Source of the DNA: Patellaria atrata CBS 101060
Lineage: Eukaryota
DNA: 64,000 bases
Assembly: GCA_010093705.1 (NCBI GenBank)
Contig: MU006090.1
Coordinates: 2,162,022 to 2,226,021 of the forward strand
Reading direction: 5' to 3'
Part shown: piece after piece, positions 50,206-61,594 of the stretch
Position numbering within the stretch: position 1 is the stretch's first letter
Layout: each line of letters opens with the position of its first letter
Made by a program: the position numbers and the translations under genes
Notes under the pieces: generated by a model
What the model was told of the DNA's origin: nothing
What the model saw: the letters and a program-made list of their open reading frames with translations, nothing else
Database searches by the model: none

Positions 50206-50815
50206 ATGTAAATATCTAACTGGTATGAATACCGTCGTTTCCTTTAAGGGGCTGACTGTCAATGACACACTATGATAGGGGAGAGTAGCAGTATTGACAC
50301 TGTGTACAGTACACGTACCCCGTACTGTTTATTTCTATGACACGAGGATTTGGCGTGCCCACTATATCAGAATATAGTTGATGTTCACTATTATACCGTA
50401 GAGAACCGGTGCATGAATGTCATTGATGCCAAGACGATCTCGCAGCACGGGCGGCATTCACCGCATCATAAGCTTCCCGAGTACTCATCAGTAGGCGAAA
50501 GATTGAGACATCGTCACCGGTTCATCTTGAATACCTTTGCGTTCTTTGTATATTGTCTGAGCTCTATGTGCACCTGAACCAAACCTCTCACTCGATGCAC
50601 GTTGTACGTATCTAGTCAGGGCCCGAATACATGTCTATACCCTTATCATAGCTGTTGCAGCTCACTTCGGACTTACACTAAGGGGCAAAATCATTAATAG
50701 GGAGCAAACGCTTCTGGGTATCAGTGCTTCCCGTCCAGTTTGACCGTTCCTTTTGGCGAGCATCGATGCGGCAGAGGAATAGTTCCAAAAGGCGCGAACC
50801 GTCGATGTCGTATGA

Positions 50816-53800
50816 ATGCACCCTCTAAATCCATTCTTGCGGGCCTTCTTCAGAAGCACACTTCCGTCCCAGTGCTCGCCCGCAGCTCATCACGTATGCA
50901 TCCTGAAGCTTATTGCTTTCCTGGTGACCTGTTAACGTAATATCCAGATCATCCTCGTCCCCACTACAGACGTCCTCTTAGCCTCTCGAGACCGTGAAAC
51001 TAACACATCCTATTACGACCTTTCGACCTCTGAAGAGTTCCTGGCAAGTCATGTTCTGCGTGCACCCGGAGGACTTGCGCCGCAGAGCCATAACAAAGAT
51101 GGATCGAACTTTCGGGATAATAGAGGGAAGGCAAAACAATATTCCACACTGAACGGGCGAACCGTCATTGTCAAAGATGCCTTCGTGTATAGCAACAAGG
51201 GTATGGAGAATTCCTTTACATTCTTGATTATCATCTAATCTACGTGATAGGGTTCAAATCCTTGAATCAAGCTCAGCTGCTACACGATGTTATCTACTAT
51301 CCAGATACCATCGATGCCCAGCAATGGCTAGTATACTACATTTCACGGCCACTCATCGGCACTTACGACCCGGTAATAATTACTCCGGCTTCGATAACGA
51401 CGGACAGAACCTTGGAAAGAAGTGGACTTAAGTCTGAGCCGCGTAACCCGGGACCATCTGCCTCATACTCTCCGCGGAAGAAAGAGGTGAGGTCATTTAG
51501 TGACCTCCTGAACCATTTTCCTATGATCGCAAGACAGATGCACCCTGGCCTTGACCGACTGTTTAAGGAATTTAACAAAGAGCTTGAGAAGTCTATCCCG
51601 TTCTCCCAAGAGCGTTCCAGCACGCCCAAGCTCGCCCGACACAATTCAATCTCATCGGCGCACAGTCTTCCATTCTCTGTACACAGTAGCATATCAGGGA
51701 CATCATCGCATCATCCAACCTCGCTCATTATCGATGACGAGGAGGATATGATGCGAAAATCGCTTGAAACAGCTGTTACTGCCGCTATTGACTTATTCCA
51801 AATGGTAGATAAGCAGCAATTGTCCCTGCTAGGTGCGACTACTGATCTTACCGGGCCAATAGTAGAACGTATGATTGAACGGTATATAGTTGAACAGGTT
51901 CACTCAACACTTCTATTTCCACGAATCTGCTCCATTAGAAGATTTGATGATTTAGATTTAGAGGCACGCATAAGGCAGATGTCTGATATTGACATCTCAC
52001 AGGTCGGCATCACGATCGGGAATGGCCAAAGAGGGAAAAAGGAGTTAGCCATAAGACTTTCCAGGGGTGTTGATGTCTTTAAAAAGATGGCCGTTGCAGG
52101 AAGCCCACAAGAGATGGTAGAGATTTTACTTGAAACTCAGAAGCTTATAACTGCAGCTGAGCCAGTTGTTGACGCGAGCACCAACCGATCAGTCAATGGA
52201 AATACCCCTTCGACCTCAGAGAAGCAAGAACCAATGTTGACAATCAACGCGGATACCCTCGTGTCCTTACTGCTGGTTGTTGTTATACGAAGTCCGGTGA
52301 AGTATCTGCAAGCCCGACTTTCATACATGCGGCATTTCATCTTCATTGATGATGTTGAAAGCGGAGAAATGGGCTATGCGTTGAGTACTTTCGAAGCAGT
52401 CCTCTCTTATTTGTCACGGGACTCAGGACGACTAAGGAGATCGAGTCGAAGAAACAAGCGTCTGTGGCAAGCTGTACGGAAGGGCGATGTACCTGGAATA
52501 CGTAGTATGCTTGATCTAGATTATCCAAACTTTAGCGAGGATGCGGACGTTGACCATTTCGAGCTCAACGAAACCGAGGATATCATGTCCTTTACGACTG
52601 ATCCTCACAGCTTCCGATCTGATGATACCACCTTGAATGGAGCGTTCGGTAATGGATATGAGCACCGACCTAGCCCCCTAGCACATGTCTTTCCATTCCA
52701 ACGATGTCCGACGCCTCCTGTCTCACTGTCACGGCCGAAGGTGAAAAAGAGAGTGTCAATGGACACAGGGAGTATATCAAGCTCATCTATGATATCCTTC
52801 AGATCTCGGACGAATACGATTGAATCTAACGTTAGCGGCATGGAGACAGACACCTCTGTAGAGACCTTGACCCAAACCCAAGGCTTGAATGGCGAGTCTC
52901 TCCTGATGATGGCCGTTGAAAGTGGCCAGGATAATGCTCTTTCCTTTCTATTAAGTCTAGACCAATATTTCTCTCCAAACTTTGTTCCCGATGACTGTAA
53001 TAATGAAGGTTCAACACTGTTTAGTACAGCGGTTCAACTTGGGCATCGAAAGGTAGTAGAGATTTTGTTAGACTACATTATCGATCATCTGGATTCTCCA
53101 GACGCCCTTCGAAATTACTTTGCGATACGGGATTCTCGGGGACGGTGCGTTGCTCATTACCTCTTTAATCAACCTCATCTTATAGGGAAGATTGGTCACC
53201 TGCTTCCCTGGCGATTGCGAGACAAAAACGGACAAACACCCCTTTTCGCGCTCATCCGATCCTACGACCATGATGAATATAAGGCAATGGTTGAAAGCGC
53301 ACTATCCGCTGCCCTCGATACGCAAGGCGATGATAGCGCTCTCCACTTAGACGATCACGTTGACGGCAAGCGAAATACCTTATTACATGCGGTCAACGAC
53401 CCTCAGATTGCATTAAGGCTCTTATACCACTGTGACTCAGACCCCAACGCGGCAAATGACCGTCAGTTTACGCCTCTCATGGTTGCAAGCAAATACGGAA
53501 GAACAGATATCGTCCGTGTCCTGTTTGGAGATGCCCGGGTTGATCTTTTGGCAAGGGACCTTAGAGGTTTAACCGCCGTTGAACTGGCCAAAGACGATGA
53601 GGTTCGCAATCGGATAGATGATCTAGTACTTTTATCCTCCTCATCTGGCCCTGACGGGCGGACAACCACTGTCGTACGATCTTTCTTTGTGGAAGACGGG
53701 TCAGTTAGGCTTGTGATCAAATCCGGTGCCCCAAATACAAACTCCACAATTACGGTTACGACTTGTCGGCGTTCGTTTACGGACTTTGAGAATCTTGCAC

Positions 53801-54783
53801 GGTGGCTTGCCCTGGAACATCCAGCGTCATGGCTACCTCCTGTAGCAGATTTCCTTTCTCCATTCTTGATCCCATCCAAACCTTCACGATCTGTGCTTCG
53901 CGACATGCAGCTTCGTCTTGATAGCTTTCTTAAAATTCTCCTGTCTCATCCAACCTTTGCAACCCATGAGATGGTCTGGGAATTCTTTCTTGTTCCAGAT
54001 ATAGATCCCACCATGCTTGCTGAACGGAGCAAGATGAAAGCAGAGGCCCGTGCCGACCGCGTAAAAGACGAATATACGCCAGTATCAGATGTACGAGACG
54101 TTGAGTTGTTTGTCGCACATGCTAAGGAGTCTATGCGAGGAGTACATCAAGCTACAAAGGGAATCCTACGTCGGACGAATAAAGTCCGTGTTGCAGCCAG
54201 TGATCTGGGTGACGCCGCGCTCATGGCATGCAATGCGCTGTCTACTCTCAATTTCATACCAAGAACTTACATCACAGCCCTAGATCGCCATGCTAAGATT
54301 ATCATGCCAAGCGAATCGTCCCCGATTGTGGACTTCTACTATAATATACATGCAATTAGTACCTGTAGTTCAGCACTCCTAGCGGCACTAAACCGCCCGT
54401 CCGCTCTAATCGGCTCCATGTCTTCCTCGCAAAAAGCAATCGATCGCCAAATGCTTTCTGTGCGGCGCAATGATAGATGGCCTTTAGGACTCATGGACGA
54501 GACGCGACACAGAATGCAGCGTGAGGCAGCTGAAAAGGTCCACAAAGCTGCCACCGAATTGGATAACTTGGGTAAAGAACTCAGATATACGCAACAAGTT
54601 GTTGCAGGTGAGCTTGCTAGTTGGCAAGATAGGAGAATAGAGATGGGCCGTAAAGCGGTTAGGGAGTTCGCGAAGCGCATGGTTGTTGTGGAAAAAGCGA
54701 AGCTGGAAAGTTTGAGGCGGACGTTAAGGGGCCTACATAATGGGGAGGACAATGGAGACGTCTATAAGAGCACGATCAAGTGA
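50816..54783 (+). CDS. VPS9 GEF + ankyrin repeats + PX domain protein (UPF0507/Vrl1-like); exons 50816-50893, 50948-51200, 51251-54783
   Basis: MHPLNPFLRAFF start; VPS9 INADTLVSLLL...GEMGYALSTFEA; ankyrins (GQTPLFAL, FTPLMVASKYGR); PX RRSFTDFENL...HPTFATHEMVWEF; coiled C-terminus. Confidence 0.9.
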
Positions 54784-55113
54784 TAATGAAGGGACAAAGT
54801 AGGTATAATGGTAATTGAAGAAGCGCCCGTGCGGACATGCAAGACATTGCATTATGGGTGTAGAGTATAGCTGGCGTTGGGTGGGCCTTAGTGAACACCC
54901 AAGGGTATAGGTTGACATATCCTTTGATTTACTTCGAGTAGAACGCTTGCTGTTGTATGAATATTAAGTTATCTTTCTATAGGTAGCATCCAAAGTTCCC
55001 TCAAGTGTAGACAATTGTCGGTAAGACTAAAAAGAAATATCACCAATCTCCAGCGGGCATTCAGCCTAATTCAATCTATGTTCTACATTCTATACTCTAC
55101 ATTCTTGAGAGCC

Positions 55114-55120
55114 AAAAAAA
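55114..55120 (-). terminator. Pol III oligo-T terminator of the tRNA-Trp gene
   Basis: T7 run on the minus strand, 22 nt downstream of the discriminator base. Confidence 0.75.
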
Positions 55121-55141
55121 GACCCAAGAAACAAAATTAAT

Positions 55142-55278
55142 TGAGGATGATGTGATTTGAACACATAGCCTTCAGGAAATCCCATATTACTGGAATCTGA
55201 CGCCTATCACCTTAGTTAGTTACGACCTGTTGCAAGAAAGAATGAATTAAACATACGCTACCATTGCGCCACACCCCC
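55142..55278 (-). tRNA. tRNA-Trp: tRNA-Trp(CCA) with two introns: a 53-nt spliceosomal-type insert 55256-55204 (between positions 23 and 24) and a 12-nt canonical intron 55189-55178 (37/38)
   Basis: Minus strand reads GGGGGTG TG GCGC AATGGTA GC[53 nt]GC G TCAGA TT CCA G[TAATATGGGATT]T CCTGA AGGCT ATGTG TTCAAAT CACAT CATCCTC A. This gives a 72-nt cloverleaf with intact A and B boxes and one A31.C39 mismatch. Confidence 0.9.
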
Positions 55279-55980
55279 AAGACGATAATTCTTTGAGCGG
55301 GGTAAATAATATATTTAAAATTTATTTTGGCTGAAACCGGATATCAAAGCAATCCTAAACTGCTCTACTTCGAGTAGGATCCCGGTTATCAGGGCGATTA
55401 TATAATAAGGAAGACCTCACCTTAGCACCACCAGGTAGGATTTTACTGATTTGTAATAAATTCTACACTTCTACAGGGCATTCATCAAAACTCCCTCTGT
55501 CTGATTACGCAAACATTCCCTTACAATAGGTCTAACATTGAATACGGGCTCCTAGTCCTAAAGGTTCCTACTGATTACCCGCTTTCAGAATGTCTTTTTA
55601 CAAGAAGGAAATTGTTCTCGATAATAATCACAATGCAGTGTGGATGATGCTCAGCCCCCAACACACCTACGGCTAGATCATGCAGCTTCCTCTGTTCAAA
55701 GAGGGATTTCTAGAGCTGATTCGTTGCTCCTCGAAGCAGGAGTATCGCTCAGGGGTTTGTCAGGTTGGAGATCTGTGCTGCTGCGCCGATGGATCAAGCA
55801 GAGGCTCCGTAGCCAATTTTCCTTTAACCGCGATACTTGACTTCAAAGGTAGCATAGAAGAAAAATATATTTGAAGAGGTTCAGGGAAGCTGTTTATATG
55901 GTAACAACTTGAGGTAATTCTATGACTTCGAAATCTCCTAGTCCTATCGTTAATATAGTGACGCAGGGCTTCTCTACATC

Positions 55981-58900
55981 ATGTCCGGATTCTTCCTTCA
56001 GAAAACGACACCGGCCGCAATTCACGCCGTAGCAGAGTCAAACTTCTCTTTAAACCACATGAACTTTGACTTCTCGTTGATCAAAATGAATTATCCCGTA
56101 GAGCTTCAACCATTGGAAAACCTCCTCTCCAGCCAACGTCGCGCCTCAGCAGAGAACGGATATTTCCATATTCTGGCTCGAAGGCTAGGAGCTTTAATTG
56201 ATGATGTTCTTCCCGAAGTGCCGGTTCTGCTCAAGGCTTACGGTACCCGGGCGAGCGAAATAGCGCAGAACGCATCGGTTGCCCAAGGGAAGTCAAAAAG
56301 CATTGTAGAGGGCCTTTTCGCGACTCAGATAGGCGTCGACAGTACTACGATAGGGGTTACAGCGACTAGCGGGATGTCTGCTCTTCGGATGCATCTTCTA
56401 GCATGTTTACTAGCCAGGGTTTGGTCTCCTCAAAAAGCAACTGCTATATGCTTGAGCTTGTTCAGTATCGTCAGAAGACAATCATACAGTCCGCTGAAGA
56501 TGAAGGGATGATAAATAATTCTATGGCATACGCGGCCGCTTCACAGATTATCGATATAGCGGTCCTTGCTGAGTGAGATGCGAGCGCAAGAGCATGGCTT
56601 GAGATTGCTGATCGAGCAAAAAGAAAACAGCAAATTCAGGCAAAACTGGTCGTTGACAATTTATCTGCTTGGTAAAACAGATTGCGGAGCATGAGATTCC
56701 ATCGACATCTAAAGAGCAGTTCAAAGACGACCTATATCGTAACATCATCTCAAACTTCATCTTAGCCCTTTCAACAATGGAGAAGCTTGTGAAGGGTCAA
56801 CCGCAAAGAATTCAGACAGGAGGTGTTCTCCTGGCTTTTCTTTCCTGGCACATCTATCCCGATCTTGTGGTATTAGGCATGAAGACCACCGATATTGTTC
56901 AAGCGGATTCGCTTGTCAATTCGGGGGGTGTTATCACAATCGCAATCGCTGGGCATGACCCAAATCCAAGAGGAGATTCTAATGAATTGCCTTGGGCGTA
57001 CTGCTCGCTATCACTTTCAAGCATCAGATACTATGGTCTCTACGCCGGGATGAGAACGAGTACATTCGACTCCACACGACTCTCAATTACTCAACTACAA
57101 CTAGTCGCTTTTGGAAGTTTTATGAAACCGGCTTGCGTGACTGATCTTATCTTGTATGCCAAGATTATCAGGAGAATTTATACCGTACTTTACAGTGAGC
57201 TTCTATTGGAGGCAAAAGGTATAAAAGCTAAGAACATGTGTACCATCAAAGACCTGGACGGCCGCCTTGATACTGTCATATTGGCTGCAGAGGATACATA
57301 TCATGAACCGCATAACTGTCTATCTAGGGCGAAAATCGATGTTCTAAGGTTACTCCATGGGTTTCGACAAGGGTTGAACTTTCTTCTTTCGGATGATGCT
57401 CATGAACTAGCTGAAGCAATGAAATTAGTGAATTACGGGGTTCGTCATGCTTATGGATGGTTGGGAAATGATGAGGGGAGATCCATAACTGATGTATTGG
57501 GCCTCTCCGATATTAGTAAAGTTTTGCCAGCGGTCAAAACACCTAAGTCCAGGGTAGAAATACTGCGATCTCTCTATCACCGATACGAGGGGACTCTGAT
57601 ATAGCTGTTATTCGTTACCGTCCGAACGAAGGGGGTGGGGGTTATACGAGCGCCAACTCAACCACCGACACAGTCACGGACGGATGATATGAGTTCTTCA
57701 AGGGCATCAAGAGAAAGAGAAGCAGCGATGCTGACGAAATCCATCCCGACGAAACTCCCAACAAACGAGCTTGCCTGGAGGAAGTTACTAGCATTGAGCC
57801 CCCGTGGAACTAAGATTGGGTTTTCATGCAAACTCAACAGCCCACGTTTTCACATAGTCCCAACAGACCTATGAATGAAGCAGAGCTCTTCGAGACCCTG
57901 ATAGAGGAAGGTGGACATGGTTTTGAAGATAAAGAAATGGTATTCCATGACTTCTTTTATGGGAATCCGACTTTTGCGGCTGTTTATCGCGTTAGAAATG
58001 GCAACAGTTATACTCTGGATCAGAAGCATAGCATGGACGAGGCTACTATCCTCCCATTAAATATGCTTGATCACCTTCTTGGATACAGATATGTTGGATA
58101 TGGAGACGCTTTCCATTACGATTATGAGCTTCATGCGTAAACAGGACCGCATCAAAACTTCTTTACGTTTATTCGGACGGATTTCCGCATATTACGAGGA
58201 GTACCTACCAGAAGCAACCGTCTCAATGCGTGCCATCACAAGGTCCATATATCAAAACGATTTTGCTAGTGGAGTGCTCAGCGGACTAGAAGGCCCTACT
58301 GATCTAGAGCATATCCACACCAAAGAGAACCGGAGTGACCCAGAGGTCAGAATATTTTCGAGACCATTGACAAGCACCCAAGCATTCTTGTGTATTCTGT
58401 ATTTTGAATCTGGAACAATTAGCGCGTTAGAGGAAAAACTAGAAAGGGTTATGTCTATTTCAAGCTAGAACTCGTTGTTTGTAGCGAAGAAGCTCCTGAG
58501 TGATCCATTTCCACAACAAAATATAAGTAACGATGCAGTCGAACATGTGGTAGGGAATGTGGGAAAGCAAGGTATAGCGCTACTGGCTCCCCCAGAAAAA
58601 CCTGAAGTGCGGCAGCATGCGATTGGAGAATGGCATTACAGCACTCATACCAGATTCGATGGCTTAAAGGGGAGCGGGCTTTTTGATGACACGTCATTAC
58701 ACCTTTCCTTTACAGGCTACGAGGTACCGTTGCAACTTGGGAGCAATAACATCCGCGGGAAAGAGGCGTACTTCCTGGAGACCAGGCTAGCGTTGAATGA
58801 TAAACATCATTGGGTAGGTGACCTGGATATTCTCAAAGCCCTCGACGACATCAAGACCGTAAAAGGCTTAGGAGCAGTGTCAGGGTTGTGCGGTCACGAT

Positions 58901-59128
58901 CCATCATATTCAATGGCAAATATCGAAGCAGCTGTGACCTCGATTGATTGCTGGGAGGAGCTTTTGGACGCACCGGACGGTGTAATGGTCCTTCGCGCAG
59001 ATTCGTCTTGGATGGCTCGTCTGGGAGCTGTGAGCATCGCGCATCAAAAACAATATATGTGCAAATACCTCCCAACTTGGGAAGAAATTTGTTGGACATG
59101 CGTAATGGAAGCAGTGTCTTCGTACTGA
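55981..59128 (+). pseudogene. Fragmented ~1000-codon gene of an uncharacterised fungal protein family
   Basis: Consecutive same-strand ORF pieces (55981, 56669, 57826, 58067, 58475) are broken by frameshifts and stops rather than introns. Family-like motifs NFDFSLIK, ARRLGAL, LSWHIYPDL, VGNVGKQGIALL, SLHLSFTGY, WVGDLDIL and WMARL. Confidence 0.75.
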
Positions 59129-59626
59129 AACTCGGCCAAAGCACAGATGATGCCATTTCCACAGAAACGAGTGATGATAGTGTATTGAACCCGTTGTTCA
59201 GTATTCAGTTAGGATGTATACAATGTTATGTACAGTATAGCTCACCTCAGTGCCATACTCGGTTCCGTTAAGGTAACGGAGTTTCAACTCAGTAAGGTAG
59301 TTCAGAAGTCGAGTTAGTTTTGATACCAGAATTGCTTTTTCATTCCAGTCCAAACCCCGTCCGCCGCGTCCCTCCAATCCTATCTAGTTCTGCTGTAGTT
59401 CTACAGTAAGCTGCAGTGGTGCCCCTCAATTCCAACTTCAGCTCCCCGCCAACCTCAAAAATCGCCTCAGCTGGTTCCAGGTAGATAGTATTGCTACGGA
59501 AAACACCTACTTTAAACACATAGTAACTGTAGAACTACATAGTCTCGAAGCAACCCTCGTCCAAGCGTTCCTTACTTCTCCTTCTCACTCACACTTTTGA
59601 TTTTCGCCGACAAAACAACCTCTGCA

Positions 59627-61084
59627 ATGGCTCCTCCCCTCACAATTCGAAACCTCACCGCCGCTCCTCTTGAGCTAAAATTAATTGAACGCTATGAAGC
59701 CCCAGGTGCTCCCGTATCTGCTCCAAAGCTTGGTGGTGGTTTCCCTCTTGGACCCCTCAATGGGCCTTTAAACAGCGTCGTTAACAACGTTACCAACATT
59801 GCGTCGAACATCACCCAAGGTGGACCTAGCTCTCCCAAACTTGCAGAGAATGCCAAAAGTTTCCATCATAAAGATGTCAATATCCGCGTTGACGCATTCA
59901 AGACGGTTAAGACCGATATCAAAGCTACTGAGAGATCGGAGAACGAAATCTTGCGGTTGACTATCGAGAGCGATGGACAGAAGTACAGAATCGATACTCC
60001 GTCATCCTCGCCCTCATCTCAAACATTCAAGCCCTTGACACAGAATCCTAGGCGCCAATACACTGCAGTCTTCAACAGCAAAGAAACATTTCTCACTGTG
60101 TACTCGTCCTCGAACCTAAATTCGTGGATGAGAGAGCTAAAGGACGAGACCCCCCTGTCAGCACTCTCCATTCCTGGAACTCACAATTCTCCTACATGCC
60201 ATACAGCGCTACCTTCCGTTCGTTGTCAGGCAGTCGGAATCAAAGAGCAGCTAGATAACGGTATACGCTTCTTTGATATCCGAGTCCAGCCCCAAGAACC
60301 GGATAAGAAAGACAGCGACAGACTCATCTTGGTACACGGAGTGTTCCCTATATCCTTGACCGGCAACAAATATCTACGTGACCTCATCAAAGAGACTGAA
60401 GGTTTCCTCGACCGCAATCGTAGCGAAACGGTTATAATATCGCTGAAACGAGAAGGTCCCGGGAACCACACAGATCAGCAATTGAGTCGTATCCTTTACG
60501 ATCATTATGCAAAGGACGAGAACCGTTGGTACACGGAAGCTCGAATTCCAAAACTTGGCGAAGTACGGCACAAGATCGTGCTAATGAGACGTTTTGCCAT
60601 CGAAGATAGGCTCAAGAAGATGCATGGTGGAAAAGGTTGGGGTATCAATGCGGAGAACTGGGCATATAATACCCCTAACGACACCCACGGCGATGTATGT
60701 GTGCAGGACTTCTGTGAAGTACTTGAGACTGAGAACATCGACAAAAAGATCAAGTTCTCACGCGACCATCTCGAGCGCGCTGGGAACTGCCTATGTCCTC
60801 TACCGGGCTCAAATGAACTGGCGAAACCGTCCCCTTTCTACTTGAACTTCCTCAGTGCCAGCAACTTCTGGAAAGTTGGATGCTGGCCGGATAAGATTGC
60901 AGCGAAACTCAATCCTGCAATTGTTGATTGGCTTTGCAGAAACCATCATACGGATGAGAAGGGTGATGGTAGCACTGGGATTGTGGTTTGTGATTGGGTG
61001 GGCGATAAAGGGGATTGGGATCTGGTTCGATGCATTGTCGGCATGAACTCGAAGTTAGAGCTGAGAGAAAAGAACTTGAAGTAG
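59627..61084 (+). CDS. Phosphatidylinositol-specific phospholipase C (bacterial-type PI-PLC X domain)
   Basis: LSALSIPGTHNS, EQLDNGIRFFDIR, LVHG, SETVIISLKREG, VQDF and GIVVCDW. Intronless. Confidence 0.9.
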   Translation: MAPPLTIRNLTAAPLELKLIERYEAPGAPVSAPKLGGGFPLGPLNGPLNSVVNNVTNIASNITQGGPSSPKLAENAKSFHHKDVNIRVDAFKTVKTDIKATERSENEILRLTIESDGQKYRIDTPSSSPSSQTFKPLTQNPRRQYTAVFNSKETFLTVYSSSNLNSWMRELKDETPLSALSIPGTHNSPTCHTALPSVRCQAVGIKEQLDNGIRFFDIRVQPQEPDKKDSDRLILVHGVFPISLTGNKYLRDLIKETEGFLDRNRSETVIISLKREGPGNHTDQQLSRILYDHYAKDENRWYTEARIPKLGEVRHKIVLMRRFAIEDRLKKMHGGKGWGINAENWAYNTPNDTHGDVCVQDFCEVLETENIDKKIKFSRDHLERAGNCLCPLPGSNELAKPSPFYLNFLSASNFWKVGCWPDKIAAKLNPAIVDWLCRNHHTDEKGDGSTGIVVCDWVGDKGDWDLVRCIVGMNSKLELREKNLK

Positions 61085-61594
61085 GAACAGTTCGATCATC
61101 TAGGCTTTATGATGGTTTTACGAGGAGATTTATTCTCAAATACTAGAAAAATAAAACAGCAAAACAAACCTTACGGACGCTTTTGTGAACTCACTCTCTG
61201 GCCCCACATCTACCCCGCAAAAACAGCAATACTGTAAGGTGGGAAAGAAGGAAGCTTACCTTACATAGATATGACCTAAGGTATATATGTAATTTAAGTT
61301 ATCCAAACTTACCTACCTTACCATTACTTCGACCGATCTCACACAATTTGCCCTAGGTACACAATGTATCAAGCTCCTACCGTCGAATAGCATAGATTCA
61401 AGAAAAGAAACCACCGACTCACAGATACAACACTTACACTCTATCTATAACCGAGGGAGATTCAAGGTTATTCGCCTATTCAGCTTGTTGGCTCGCTTGC
61501 TGATAACTGGTGTCATAAAGATACACTATCAAACGGTATCCGAACGACTACACACACACTTAGGTCGGACTAGTGCAATCAAAGAGGCGAGAGG

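Noticed and set aside
55204..55256. Insert as an archaeal-type BHB non-canonical tRNA intron or a small transposon footprint
   Set aside because: No bulge-helix-bulge, TIR or TSD is evident, whereas donor, branch and acceptor all fit the U2 consensus.
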